The notes below the pieces were generated by a model. That model saw only the letters and a list, made by a program, of their open reading frames with translations. It was not told the DNA's origin and made no database searches. Of a DNA stretch of 64,000 nt, positions 37,236-47,587 are shown one piece after another. Both the position numbers and the translations under genes were made by a program. Numbering within the stretch: the first letter of the stretch is position 1; every line of letters starts with the position of its first letter. Location of the stretch: positions 161,452 through 225,451 of the forward strand of contig JBFMAF010000020.1 of the NCBI GenBank assembly GCA_040755995.1, read 5' to 3'. The stretch comes from Acidobacteriota bacterium. GTDB lineage: Bacteria; Acidobacteriota; CAIWXX01.

Positions 37236-38471
37236 TCAGTCCTCCTCCCGCCACGCGTTCAGCTCTTTGGCGTCTCCGAACGTCCTCTCATACTGCGCTT
37301 CGTAGTATGCCTTGTATTTCTGGAACATGGCCTCGGTGATGAAATCCTTGATCTTCTGACAGCCGGCCAGCTGCTTCAAGGGCTTGAGATAAACAAAGCC
37401 GCGGCAGAGATCTCCGAATTGCATCCTGGGTTGGAAATGGAAATAGTAGGAGTGCTTGTCCCGGATCTGACCGAAAGGCGAGTTGAACACGTCCCAACCC
37501 ACAGGCTGGTCTTTGCGCAGGGCCATGATCTTTTCGATCATGCCTGAGAAGACGGGCTCGGGTCCCTCATAGTCGTCGAAAACGAGCCTGGGCGAATCGA
37601 ACTCGCAATGAAAAGCGATCTGGAAGATCCGATCACCGTAGATCTGGTAGAGCTGGCGACCCATCCGCTGGAATTCCCCGAAGAGAAGCCCGTCCTCGGT
37701 TACCCAAGGTTGGCCATAGTGCGTAAAGGCATGGTTGTAGCCGACCCAGACGATGCCCTTGGAACCTTCGCGGAGCACGGTCATCTCAATGGCCGCGGCC
37801 ATTAGCGCGTCGTGCTTGTCGAGGAGCAGGCTCTCTCGTTCTGCTTGGGCGATGAGCGCCGGGTTCTTCAGCTTTCCCTCGTTCAACATCCAGTTCCACT
37901 GCATGTCGGCGCTGACGCACATGCCGATGACCTTCATGGGCTGCGCCCCAGCCGGAAGGCTCCGATTCAGCCTCCATACCACCTCGAAGACGTCCCAGTA
38001 TTCCTTGTGGTTCCAGGTGCTCCAGCCGCCGTTGCGGGCGATCTCGAGCGCGAGCCCTCCGTCGAAGGATTCGGATTCGACCAGCCGGGCGATCTTTTCG
38101 TTGTCCTCGAACTTGGCCGCTTCCAGGATGACATAGCGCATGCCCGCCCGATGATAGGCTTCGGGAATGAGCTGGAGGAACAGGTCCATGTAGTCCTTGA
38201 CGCCATGGGGCTCACCGAAGATCACGATCTGATGCGTGCGGCATTTTTCGATGACATACTCCAGGGGCGAACGGCCGTTCGAATCGAGCCATGCGGCCAG
38301 AGCAGCGTACTGTGACACTGGAATCTCAGAGGCCTCGACACGCGACCCCAGCTCCATCCATCCCGGCTTCTCCTGGCCGACGAGGCAGTGGGCTAGTAGC
38401 AAGGAACACGCTACAACCAGCATGGCGATCAAAGGTAACGATGAGAGCGGCTTTCCAGGGGATTTCATCAT
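37236..38471 (-). CDS. Secreted ChaN/EreA (TIKI)-superfamily protein
   Basis: Signal peptide; IVIFGEPH, YVILE, DALMA, VWVGYNH. Confidence 0.55.
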   Translation of the reverse strand: MMKSPGKPLSSLPLIAMLVVACSLLLAHCLVGQEKPGWMELGSRVEASEIPVSQYAALAAWLDSNGRSPLEYVIEKCRTHQIVIFGEPHGVKDYMDLFLQLIPEAYHRAGMRYVILEAAKFEDNEKIARLVESESFDGGLALEIARNGGWSTWNHKEYWDVFEVVWRLNRSLPAGAQPMKVIGMCVSADMQWNWMLNEGKLKNPALIAQAERESLLLDKHDALMAAAIEMTVLREGSKGIVWVGYNHAFTHYGQPWVTEDGLLFGEFQRMGRQLYQIYGDRIFQIAFHCEFDSPRLVFDDYEGPEPVFSGMIEKIMALRKDQPVGWDVFNSPFGQIRDKHSYYFHFQPRMQFGDLCRGFVYLKPLKQLAGCQKIKDFITEAMFQKYKAYYEAQYERTFGDAKELNAWREED

Positions 38472-38540
38472 TTCGCCTCCTGTGCGTTCCGGAAATTCCG
38501 GCCGCGGATTTCTTGGGATTGTTGCTTGCGTTGACTGGGT

Positions 38541-39374
38541 TCACTTTAGAGATCCAGGCCCGCCGGGTGATCGGACCAGGCCCTTGAACAGCCTCTGCAG
38601 GTTATTCCGATAGCCTCTGCTCGAAACGAATCTCTCGCCGTTTCTTAGAATCACCGCGTACTGCGACTTCCCCCACGGCTGTAGCTCTCTCACGCAGTCG
38701 ATGTTCACAATGACCGACCGGTGAATGCGCATGAACTTGCCTGGGTCCAGCATCGACTCCATCTGATCCATGCTTTGACGAACCAGGTGCTCCCGATCTC
38801 CCACCTTCAGCTCCAGGTACTGGTTGGCCGCCTTGATGCGTTCGATGTCGGCAACCTTGACCGGAGTGATCCTGCCCGCGGATTTCACGATCACTCGTTC
38901 CAGACGGGCGTTCGAGGAACCCGATGATGCGTCAGCGGTGCACCTCAGCTGGCTCCTCATCTCCTCAACCAGGGCCACCAGCTTGTGGACGACGTCTTCC
39001 CTTGGAGCGGCCAGCAACCCCCGGGCCCTGTCCAGGGCCTCATAGAACCGGTCGTCGTCGAATGGCTTCAGCAGGTAGTCGAGGGCGTGAACCTCGAATG
39101 CGCGGACGGCGTACTGATCGTAGGCGGTCGTGAAAATGACGAGCGGAAGCCGCTCGGCGTGGAGCTCCTCCAGCACCCGGAATCCATCGAGCCCCGGCAT
39201 CTGTACGTCAAGGAAGATGATCTGCGGGCTCTTCTCCCGGATGGCTTGTATTGCTTCACCACCGTTGCCGCACTCGCCCACAACGCGGAGGTCCGTAACG
39301 CGCTGGAGCAGCCGCCGGATATGCCTTCGAGCGATCGGCTCGTCATCGACGATCAGCACATCGAGACTACTCAT
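38541..39374 (-). CDS. LytTR-family response regulator
   Basis: IVDDE, FLDVQMP, TAYDQYA..AFE, DYLLKP, FMRIHRS.IVN. Confidence 0.93.
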   Translation of the reverse strand: MSSLDVLIVDDEPIARRHIRRLLQRVTDLRVVGECGNGGEAIQAIREKSPQIIFLDVQMPGLDGFRVLEELHAERLPLVIFTTAYDQYAVRAFEVHALDYLLKPFDDDRFYEALDRARGLLAAPREDVVHKLVALVEEMRSQLRCTADASSGSSNARLERVIVKSAGRITPVKVADIERIKAANQYLELKVGDREHLVRQSMDQMESMLDPGKFMRIHRSVIVNIDCVRELQPWGKSQYAVILRNGERFVSSRGYRNNLQRLFKGLVRSPGGPGSLK

Positions 39375-40515
39375 GATCGCCGTCCTCGATCCTGAGCGGG
39401 ACCGAAAGAGCGACGAGCGTGCCGCCGCCTTCCCGGGTCCGGATGTCGAGCCCGTGCGATTCTCCGTAGAGCTGCTGTAGTCTCCGACGGACACTCGACA
39501 GTCCCAACCCTTCCCTGAATCCCCCGGAGTCCGCGGCGCCGACGCCGTTGTCCGCCACCTCGATCATGACCTGCGATCCGTCGCGCCGCGCCCTGATATC
39601 GATGCATCCGCCCTCGGGCCGGGGCATGATGCCGTGCCGGATGGCATTCTCCACCAACGGCTGCAGCATGAAACCGGGCACCATCACGTCCAGGAGTTGA
39701 GGGTCGATGTCGAAATTCACTCGCAGTCGATCTTCGAATCGCGTCTTCTCGATCTCCAGGTACCCCCCCAGGAATTCCAGCTCGCGTCTCAACGTGACCT
39801 CCTGGACTCCCACGTGTTCCAGCGTCTGGCGGAGGAGGTCGCTGAGGCGCGTGAGCGTGCGGCGGGCCTGTCCCACGTCCTCATCCATGAGCGACGAGAC
39901 CGTGTGCAGCGTGTTGAACAGGAAATGCGGCTGAAGCTGCATCTTCAGGGCCTGCAGCTGGGCCTGGGCCAGTTGCGCCTCGAGCCGTGCGGCTACGATC
40001 ATCTGCTCGCGCAGCCGGTGGTAGGTGCCGTGTGCGTAGTAGCCTCCGAGGATCAGCGAATACTGGATCAGGCTGCTGAAACTCCCCGCCAGTATCTTCC
40101 TGTAGACGAAGCCGGGAATCCCGTCTGCAAAGGCTCCGGGAAGGAACCAGAGGAGACCCAAGGTGGTGACAATCGTCCGGTGGACAAGGACGAACACCAG
40201 GCCGGCCAGGACATGGGCCGCAAGCACCCGTGCCGTTCGCGCACCACCCCACCCGCGCCTCATACGTCTGGCGAAGGAGAAGATAAGCGGCAGCAGCGCA
40301 GCCCAGCAGTAGCAGACCATCAATTCGAACGCCAGCATTCTCCACAGGGGAAACGGCTCTCCACTCAGATAGCTGTACGAGAAGTAGTCCTGGACTACGA
40401 AGAAGATCGCCAGCAACCCAGGAACGGTCGCGAGGGCCACTACCATCGCGGCAGACGACAAAGTGGCAGCTGCTGTCTTCTGCAAACTCCCCCGCTCAGG
40501 CTGTGTGCTGTCCAT
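39367..40515 (-). CDS. LytS-type sensor histidine kinase
   Basis: TM helices; LQPHFLFNTL, LQPLVENAIRHG, DNGVG, GLGL. Confidence 0.92.
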   Translation of the reverse strand: MDSTQPERGSLQKTAAATLSSAAMVVALATVPGLLAIFFVVQDYFSYSYLSGEPFPLWRMLAFELMVCYCWAALLPLIFSFARRMRRGWGGARTARVLAAHVLAGLVFVLVHRTIVTTLGLLWFLPGAFADGIPGFVYRKILAGSFSSLIQYSLILGGYYAHGTYHRLREQMIVAARLEAQLAQAQLQALKMQLQPHFLFNTLHTVSSLMDEDVGQARRTLTRLSDLLRQTLEHVGVQEVTLRRELEFLGGYLEIEKTRFEDRLRVNFDIDPQLLDVMVPGFMLQPLVENAIRHGIMPRPEGGCIDIRARRDGSQVMIEVADNGVGAADSGGFREGLGLSSVRRRLQQLYGESHGLDIRTREGGGTLVALSVPLRIEDGDHE

Positions 40516-40658
40516 ACGACGAGCCCGACCAATGCGCCGGTTCCGACCGCGGATAATGGGCTGGCGCCCGCTGCATGGCGACGATTGTATTGCCTGCGGC
40601 ACCAGCCGTGCAACACACAGTCGGACCGGGGTGCATCGGCCGTCCGGGAATCGTGGTT

Positions 40659-41972
40659 CTACTGCAGTCGTTTCAGTCTTGCCTCGATGCTCTGGCGGAT
40701 CGAGATCCGCTGTGACTCGCTGAGGCCGCTGGCTTTTTCGAGAAGCTGCTGCGCCTTTTCAGTGGCCCGAAGCGCGTCCTCCTTCCTCCCGGCCGCCTCA
40801 TACGCGTCGCCCAGGCTGTCGCATGCATTCGGGGAGTCCGGGTGCTCTTCAAACACCCATTCGAAGACCTCCACGGCCTCCTTACTCTTCCCATCGCCGA
40901 TCAGACGATATCCGATCCCGTTCAACGCCGATTCGGAGAACAGATGATCAACCAGGTCCGGACGGATGCTTCTGTCCGCCCTCAGGGTCTGTGCCAGCTT
41001 CCGGGCCCCAAGGATGTCGCCCCGACTGAAGAGTTGCGTCACGCCGGCGATCCTCTGCGCAGAGCGGACTTCTTCCAGCCTATCGCCGAATGCATTGCTC
41101 TTGAGGAAGTCGATCGTTCGCGCGATGATCTCGCGCGAGCGTGTGTCATCATCGAGGATGTCGAAGGCATGCTGGCCTGCCGGATGGTTTGCCAGCTCTA
41201 CGGTCACGCCGCACGCGAAAGCGCGTGCGAGGAACTCGTCCACCGAGCGATTGATGTCGACGCTGTCCAGCCCGGCGCGGCCGATGAAGATCGGCGGGAT
41301 ATGCGGGTTCTTCTCGCTGACATACCGGACCGGTGAATAGCGTTCGGCGACTGCGTCCGGCAGGGCCTGGCGCCCCGGCGACCGGACAGGCTGGCCCGCA
41401 TCGAGGAGGGCATAGTAGGAGACTACGCATCGAATGTAGTCCAGCGGTTCGCGCAGGGCGACCACGAGGTGAGGACCGCCGCCAGAGAAGGCCCACAGGC
41501 AGATCCGCTGCGGGTCCACGCGCAGGGAATCGGCGTGGCCGCGGACATACGCGATCGCGTCTGACACATCGCCGACCGACTGCGACAGGTTCTTCTCGTC
41601 CCAGCCGTAGTAGCGATGGTTGAACGTGACGCCGATCATGCCGGAGGCCGCCATGAGGCGGCCGTAGGATGTGTAGCCGCCCCAGTCCTTGGGGCGGTCC
41701 GCGGGCGAGAGGTAGCCGCCGTGGATGAAGACAACCGCCGGCAATCTCGCCGCGTCTGCGACGGCCCCGGGCGTGTAGATGTCCATCTTCAGATCCACCC
41801 CGTCGGCCGACTTGTACGTCACGTCCGATTTCACCTGCACCTTGTCCATCCCAGGAACGCGGTAGACAACCTGACGCGACAGGATGTCCTCCTGTGCCGA
41901 CGCAGATCCAACCCAAATCGCGGCTGCCGCGACGCAGCCGATCAGAAGATAGTGTGTGGCTCGCTCGAACAT
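40659..41972 (-). CDS. Secreted alpha/beta hydrolase with C-terminal TPR
   Basis: FIHGG, nucleophile elbow WAFSGGG, RAGLD, GQHAFD; NACDSLGDAY TPR. Confidence 0.8.
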   Translation of the reverse strand: MFERATHYLLIGCVAAAAIWVGSASAQEDILSRQVVYRVPGMDKVQVKSDVTYKSADGVDLKMDIYTPGAVADAARLPAVVFIHGGYLSPADRPKDWGGYTSYGRLMAASGMIGVTFNHRYYGWDEKNLSQSVGDVSDAIAYVRGHADSLRVDPQRICLWAFSGGGPHLVVALREPLDYIRCVVSYYALLDAGQPVRSPGRQALPDAVAERYSPVRYVSEKNPHIPPIFIGRAGLDSVDINRSVDEFLARAFACGVTVELANHPAGQHAFDILDDDTRSREIIARTIDFLKSNAFGDRLEEVRSAQRIAGVTQLFSRGDILGARKLAQTLRADRSIRPDLVDHLFSESALNGIGYRLIGDGKSKEAVEVFEWVFEEHPDSPNACDSLGDAYEAAGRKEDALRATEKAQQLLEKASGLSESQRISIRQSIEARLKRLQ

Positions 41973-42312
41973 CTCGGTATCCTCCTTTGTCTCACGATCG
42001 CATGCTCTCCTATCGTGGGAGAGAACTCCATCAGAGTGGAGTGGACCGGGACATTGCTGGAGCGAATGGTGCAGTCGGTGGTGCGGATGCTCGGACCGCG
42101 ACTTCCCCGAGCTCACATGATCCGTGGCATGGCAGTATCCAGTCGTGGTCGAGATGGAATCGACAGGGAGGCATCCGAACAGCCGCGCCGGTCTCCGCTG
42201 GCCTTTCGATGTCACGGGACGTCACCGCAAGTGGGAGTCGGCCTTGGATCGAGAGTGGGTTCCCGACGAAGTCTTCGGCGCCACTCCGGTGGGTGGCTAC
42301 CCGCGCCCCCTC

Positions 42313-42702
42313 TCACCGACTGCTCGTCAGCCGCTGCTCGATGTGCCTCTCCAGGAGGTGACTCTTGTAGTCGTCGGACGTGGCCGCGACGCCCTTACGC
42401 CGAACAACGGCGCGAAGCTCCTGGGCCGGGATCTCCGCGACGAGGTACTCATGGAACGGGCGCCAGAGCATCAATCGGCGTGCCACACTGTCGCCCCAGT
42501 ACTCCTCGCTGACCCAACGTGGCAGTGGCTCTGGGAGGTCGATCACCAGGACGACCCCACGGCGCCCGCGCGCATAGCCGAGCGCTGCAAGGGGGCATTC
42601 GGTGAAGTCTGTGCCGTTGGTGCCGGCCGGCGTGCCCGGTTGGAACGGCACGGCAACACGATCGGGGCGAAAGGGGCGCGTGAGTCCGCGATAGAGCCGC
42701 AT
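42313..42702 (-). CDS. Small protein with ADP-ribosyltransferase-like motifs
   Basis: LYRG, GTDFTECP..A..YA, VVLVIDL, SEEYW. Confidence 0.5.
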   Translation of the reverse strand: MRLYRGLTRPFRPDRVAVPFQPGTPAGTNGTDFTECPLAALGYARGRRGVVLVIDLPEPLPRWVSEEYWGDSVARRLMLWRPFHEYLVAEIPAQELRAVVRRKGVAATSDDYKSHLLERHIEQRLTSSR

Positions 42703-42712
42703 CGACAGGCCA

Positions 42713-43294
42713 TTACATCAGATCGAAGAACGAGTCCCTTCCGATGTGCCGGACATAGCGATTCGCGAGCTCATCGATCGGACCGCGTCCGGCGATCGTG
42801 AGCCAACCGTCGATGCTTCCGCGGTAGCACCACCGCTGCACCCGAAAGGTCCGACCCTGCTTGTCGTCGAGGATGAAGCGAAGGACAGGCGACATGTGCA
42901 CATTTCGGGCGATGAGCCGCAAAGCGCTGTCGCCTGCAGGGAGAAGCGCCGGGAGCCAATCGTGATCGAAGCCGAGGTTGGGGGGCTCATAGATGACGAT
43001 TTCGCATTTCCTGCTATCGACGCGACACCCCGCGAGCTCTGGATACCGCGCCAAAACCGAACGAACTGCGGCCACCTCCTTCTCTCGGATCTGGCATGAT
43101 CCCGCGCGGCGCAGACTGACGACGCCGTTGGCGCTCTCGTAGATCTCGTACCCGGCGGGGACGGAGGGGACCGGCCTGTCGACGATTTCGCGAGAGAACA
43201 CATAGCGCGGCTTGCCCGTCCTGGTTTTCGTCTCGCACAGGTAGTAGCGCTGGCCCTTGCGGTTCACATACTCCAGGCTGGCATCGGCGTTCAT
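42713..43294 (-). CDS. Hypothetical protein
   Basis: RBS GAGGGAG; YVNRKGQRYYL..TKTRTGKPRYVFS, PVLRFIL, RWCYRGSIDGW. Confidence 0.65.
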   Translation of the reverse strand: MNADASLEYVNRKGQRYYLCETKTRTGKPRYVFSREIVDRPVPSVPAGYEIYESANGVVSLRRAGSCQIREKEVAAVRSVLARYPELAGCRVDSRKCEIVIYEPPNLGFDHDWLPALLPAGDSALRLIARNVHMSPVLRFILDDKQGRTFRVQRWCYRGSIDGWLTIAGRGPIDELANRYVRHIGRDSFFDLM

Positions 43295-43331
43295 CTGCGT
43301 CTCCCTCACGAAAACTGCACCTGCCAGCGCA

Positions 43332-43805
43332 TCAGCGCCTGCCCGCCTTCGAGCCGCGCCAGCTCGCAATGAGCCGGCCGAGGAGCTCATCCGGCGACAG
43401 CCCTTCCTTGAGTGCCAGCGCGGCTAGCCTGCGGTTGCCGGCGGGCGAGAGCCTCTCCCGCGGCCGGTCCTCCATCTCGCATGCCCAGCGCAGAATCTTG
43501 CCGTCAAGGCAGAACTTCTCAGGGTGCTCTTGGACCACCTGGCGCTTCGCCATGTTCCAGCCGGCCTCGATGTCGCGGGTCTTCGACATCTGTCCGAGCA
43601 ACCCGAAGTGTCGAACGACGTTCTCCTTCAAGTTCGCCGTCCCCGGTGGCAGCTGTGCGAGGACTTGGACCATGGCCTTCGCGAGTTTGCCGGTGGAAAC
43701 GCCGGTGTCGAAACCGGCTCGACGAATCTGTGCGAAATAGTCTCTCACTGGCGATCCTTTCCCAGCGGCTGACGGTGCCGTCATCGACCCCTCCGGCGCA
43801 GTCAC
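43332..43805 (-). CDS. Hypothetical protein with a C-terminal RHH-like segment
   Basis: RLSPAGNRRLAALALKEGLSPDELLGRLI; extended -10 TGCTATGAT just upstream. Confidence 0.55.
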   Translation of the reverse strand: MTAPEGSMTAPSAAGKGSPVRDYFAQIRRAGFDTGVSTGKLAKAMVQVLAQLPPGTANLKENVVRHFGLLGQMSKTRDIEAGWNMAKRQVVQEHPEKFCLDGKILRWACEMEDRPRERLSPAGNRRLAALALKEGLSPDELLGRLIASWRGSKAGRR

Positions 43806-43904
43806 TCGCAGAGCATCATAGCATGGGGGCGCGTCGGCGAACCATCTGAGTGGCGGACCCGGGTGCGTTCACAGCTTCGGTGTCAGACAGCCCCTACGAT
43901 TTAC

Positions 43905-43949
43905 TTCTTCCAGCCGGCGCTGATCCTCTGCCTGTCTTCGGGACCTCGT
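43905..43949 (+). repeat. 45-bp copy (1 mismatch) of 49345-49389, which lies inside the DUF3795 gene
   Basis: TTCTTCCAGCCGGCGCTGATCCTCT(G/C)CCTGTCTTCGGGACCTCGT. Confidence 0.9.
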
Positions 43950-43980
43950 GGCCCTTTTCGAAAGCCGGCCGTGGTGCCAC

Positions 43981-44008
43981 TTGACAGAGGTCCACTCTAT
44001 TGTACAAT
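43981..44008 (+). promoter_or_regulatory. Sigma70 promoter of the vapC-phd pair
   Basis: TTGACA-16 bp-TACAAT. Confidence 0.65.
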
Positions 44009-44035
44009 TGTCCATGACGGAAGCAGGTATGCATC

Positions 44036-44428
44036 ATGGACATCGCCATTGACACATCGGCCTTGCTTGCCGTTATCTTGGCGGAGCCAGAGCGAGACGC
44101 GATCGTCGAGCGGACGAGGGGCCACGGGCTCATCGGACCCGGATCGATCCCCTGGGAAATCGGGAACGCCTTTTCAGCCATGCTGAGACGGCGCCGCTTG
44201 GGGTTGGCGGAAGCCCAGCGGGGATTGGCCATCTTCCAGGGCATCGACCTGCGGCTCGTTGCCGTGGACCTGGGCAGATGCGTTACCATCGCCCACGAGA
44301 CCGGCATCTACGCATACGATGCCTACTTCCTCGATTGTGCCGGTCGCCATGCTGCCCCTCTATTGACCTTGGACCATGCGCTCGAACGCGCGGCGAAGAA
44401 GGTCGGTGTGAAGCTCTTGGAGGTCTGA
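44036..44428 (+). CDS. vapC: VapC PIN-domain toxin (upstream of its antitoxin)
   Basis: IDTSALL, WEIGNA, YAYDAYFL, LLTLD. Confidence 0.9.
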   Translation: MDIAIDTSALLAVILAEPERDAIVERTRGHGLIGPGSIPWEIGNAFSAMLRRRRLGLAEAQRGLAIFQGIDLRLVAVDLGRCVTIAHETGIYAYDAYFLDCAGRHAAPLLTLDHALERAAKKVGVKLLEV

Positions 44429-44429
44429 A

Positions 44430-44681
44430 ATGCGGGTCTACACGTATTCGGAAGCGAGGCAGAGGCTCTCCAGTGTCCTGGACCAGGCGGAGTCGGCGGG
44501 GAAGGTGATCATCCGCCGTAGAGACGGAAGGGCATTCGCGCTGGTCCCTGAGCTAGTGCAGAATTCCCCTCTGGACGTTCCCTCTATCAAGGCCGGTGTC
44601 TCCACCAGAGAGCTCGTCCGAATCGTGAGAAGAGAGAGGGGCAGAAACCGGGGGTCGGGGCGCAAGGCCCCGGGGGCATAG
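44430..44681 (+). CDS. Phd/YefM-type antitoxin
   Basis: YTYSEARQRLSSVLDQA...VIIRRRDG. Confidence 0.85.
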   Translation: MRVYTYSEARQRLSSVLDQAESAGKVIIRRRDGRAFALVPELVQNSPLDVPSIKAGVSTRELVRIVRRERGRNRGSGRKAPGA

Positions 44682-45070
44682 GCTTCCCACCCGCGTCGGA
44701 TTGTCGACTTGGCAGCGCATCGGGCCCTGTGGGTGGGGCGGTCGTGGTGCGGGCAGTTGTGGGCGCTGGATCAGCTGACTGGCGGCACCTACAGTGCCCG
44801 CTTATCTCGTTGACGCTCCCTTCCGAGCTCCCTCTTGGCCTTCAGTTCTCCGTTCGCTCGAAACTCGCATGAATCCCCTCGTCATGTCTGATGCATCATC
44901 GCGCGTACTTCACGGGGAAGGGTGGCGTTCTGATGAGCCGGCGCCGTCCATTCCCTGATCGGAGGAACGAATCATGCGGTCCGGCTGCTCGGCTTGAGGG
45001 CACCAGGTTCCAAGTGCAAGAGGACGGCGATGAGGCAGAGTAGCACGGCGTCATCTGTGGGCGCCGAGCG

Positions 45071-45515
45071 TCACCTCTGCAACTCCAGTCTCCGTTTCAA
45101 GGCCTCCGCCGATCGACGATATTTGCCGTCCATCTCGATCACGAGCTTGGCCTCAGCAGACGCAGAAGCGGCGCGACCAGTCCTGGCGTATGCCAGCGCG
45201 AGATAGTAGTGGCATGCATCACCAAGAGAGGTAGTCGCAGCCCTGTCCGCCGCATCCTTGAGCACGGAGATCGCCTCATCGGCCCTGCCGAGCATCAGCA
45301 AGGAGACACCGTCATAGAAACGAGCCTCAGTGTTCTCCGGCTCCAGACGTATCAAAGCCTCCAATCCGCGTGCCGCCCTCTCGAAGTCGTTCTGCTGGTA
45401 TGCGACCATTGCCGCTTCGAATGCGCCTCGTGTACCCCGAAGCACTTGCCCAGACGCAGGTGAGTATTCAGCCCTGGGCACCTCGATGTCGGAGAGCGTT
45501 GCGAGGAGAGAGGTG
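45071..45515 (-). pseudogene. 3' fragment of a TPR protein, cut at the IS remnant
   Basis: FEAAMVAYQQNDF, ARFYDGVSLLM, CHYYLALAY; no start of its own. Confidence 0.6.
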
Positions 45516-45519
45516 CGCT

Positions 45520-45808
45520 GGTGTAATCCTCCTCTCAAGCTTCGGGCTCTTGCCGTCGTTCTGTCCCTCGAACGCAGCCGCCCCATTCTCAAAAAACTCC
45601 TTCTGCCACCTCCAGAATACATTCGGGTGCATCCCGTGCTTGTCGCACAGGTCGGCAACCGGAACCTTCCCGATCAGATGCTCCTTCAAGATCGCTACCT
45701 TGGCCTCCGGACTGAAATGCTTTCGGGTTTCTGCCATGTTCCTCCCTCCGTGGCTTCTACCAATTCACCGATCCAGAGGAAAATTCCAATTCCAGCTGAA
45801 GCATCACA
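45520..45808 (-). mobile_element. Truncated IS3-family element (left end and partial orfA)
   Basis: End TGTGATGCTTCAGCTGGAATTGG at 45808; orfA from 45737 MAETRKHFSPEAKVAILKEHL...VADLC...FWRWQKEFF (HTH_Tnp_1-like); no DDE orfB. Confidence 0.75.
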
Positions 45809-45809
45809 A

Positions 45810-46449
45810 GATCAGTCGTCACCAGTCGGAGACCATGCTTCGTTGGTTCGACCTTGGAATGAAAGGCGAGCTTCTGGCGCACTCAGACTCCGACGAACGC
45901 ATTGACAGGCACGCTTTCGGAAAGGCCTTCAATATCCTGGCTATGCATCACTACATCTTCGAGCCTCCGGGCCACCCGATGAGCTTCTCCCTCCACCTGA
46001 ACTACCGGAAGACAACTCTTCGCAACTTGGCTACTGCCGACTTCGACATGGTCCTGTGCGGCCACAAGCACGTGCCTGCCTTCTGTGCCGAGTCATACGC
46101 CTCCTTCTTCCCTGATCGCAACACGAGGGGAAGATATCTCCTGAACCTATTTCGGCGCCTGATACGAATACATACTTTTCCTCATCAGTTCTCGGACCGC
46201 ACCGGCCGGAAGATGAAGAAGCAGGTTTCCGCCTGGATTTCGTACATCTTGCTTCGAAATCCCAGGCACGAAGGTGAAACCGACGAATCATACCTTGACA
46301 GGCTCCTCACCGCTCTCCGTGCAGTGCTCAAGGACCCCACGTCCTGGCACGGGGAGTTGCGCGAATTCATTGTGGAGGGGGGACCGTGCGATTGCGAATG
46401 CATGTCGGCAAGCGAAGCCCAAGAACTCGTAAGTCAGATGCTCTCTTGA
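45810..46449 (+). pseudogene. Internal fragment of a calcineurin-like metallophosphoesterase
   Basis: ILAMHHY...MVLCGHKH; 5' part replaced by the IS end. Confidence 0.55.
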
Positions 46450-46576
46450 CCCACCCCACCCACTTTGCTACCTTCCATTCGGCGGGGCGTCCGGATCCGA
46501 CTCACGCGAGATCCTCGCCGGGGTCCGAGGGAACTCGAGGGGATGCCGGGTGATCCTGTCAGACGAGGAGGATGAC

Positions 46577-47158
46577 ATGGCGGCAAAGAAGGTTCTCATG
46601 CTCGTTGGAGACTACGTCGAGGACTACGAGGTGATGGTGCCTTTCCAGGCGCTGCTCATGATCGGACACACGGTCCACGCCGTCTGTCCGGGGAAGAAGG
46701 CGGGGGACAAGATTCGAACGGCCGTTCACGACTTCGAGGGTGATCAGACCTACAGTGAGAAACGGGGGCACGACTTCGCTCTTAATGCCACCTTTTCCGA
46801 GGTCCGCACCGATAGCTACGACGCACTCGTGATCCCCGGGGGGCGCGCGCCGGAGTACCTGCGTTTGAACCAGGACGTGGTGAAGGCCGTCCGGCACTTC
46901 GCCGAGACGCGGAAACCGATCGCCTCCATATGCCATGGGGCGCAGCTGTTGGCCGCTGCCGGAGCAATTGAGGGGAAGCGATGCTCCGCCTACCCGGCGG
47001 TCGGGCCGGAGGTCACGCGGGCCGGCGGCACGTACGTGGACATCCCGGTGGACGCGTCCTGTGTCGACGGGAATCTGATCACTGCTCCAGCCTGGCCGGC
47101 GCATCCCGCCTGGCTTGCGGACTTCTTGAAGGTTCTGCGAACAAGGATCGAACCGTAG
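46577..47158 (+). CDS. DJ-1/PfpI-family protein
   Basis: [24 protein letters not shown]. Confidence 0.92.
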   Translation: MAAKKVLMLVGDYVEDYEVMVPFQALLMIGHTVHAVCPGKKAGDKIRTAVHDFEGDQTYSEKRGHDFALNATFSEVRTDSYDALVIPGGRAPEYLRLNQDVVKAVRHFAETRKPIASICHGAQLLAAAGAIEGKRCSAYPAVGPEVTRAGGTYVDIPVDASCVDGNLITAPAWPAHPAWLADFLKVLRTRIEP

Positions 47159-47254
47159 GCCGCCTCTCGCTACTCGGCTCGATGCGAACGAACGCGTTGC
47201 GATCGAGCCACGCCTTTTGAGCGGCGCGTCATCGCCCTTCCCAATGGGAACGCC

Positions 47255-47310
47255 GACCGGTTCCCGTACCCGTTCCCGATTCTCGTCCCTGTCGGGTACG
47301 GGTACCGGTC
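47255..47310. repeat. Inverted repeat of 6-bp-period CCCGTW units
   Basis: GACCGGTTCCCGTACCCG...CGGGTACGGGTACCGGTC. Confidence 0.65.
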
Positions 47311-47587
47311 TGCGGCCTGGGCACGGGTATGCGAAGAGCTCGTGGGCTGAGGCGCGGTCTCGCTTCTGAATTGACGATGGCTCAGGCACGACCCAACCAT
47401 CGGCCTCTGTGATCTCATCGGCGATGGCGTAGAGGGCATTGATGCTGGGGCGCAGTCCGGCGCCGAACTTCTCGCACATCCCGATCTGCCAGGTAGAGAG
47501 TGCAACCACGATGCCGGGATGTCGGGTTCGACATTTTCCTTGATCCGAGGAAAGAAATGTCGTATTCTTTCCTCAAGAGAAGGAAAG

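Noticed and set aside
44800..44855. Minus-strand ELKAKRELGRERQRDK resembling an SmpB tail
   Set aside because: Too short and low in complexity to support a call
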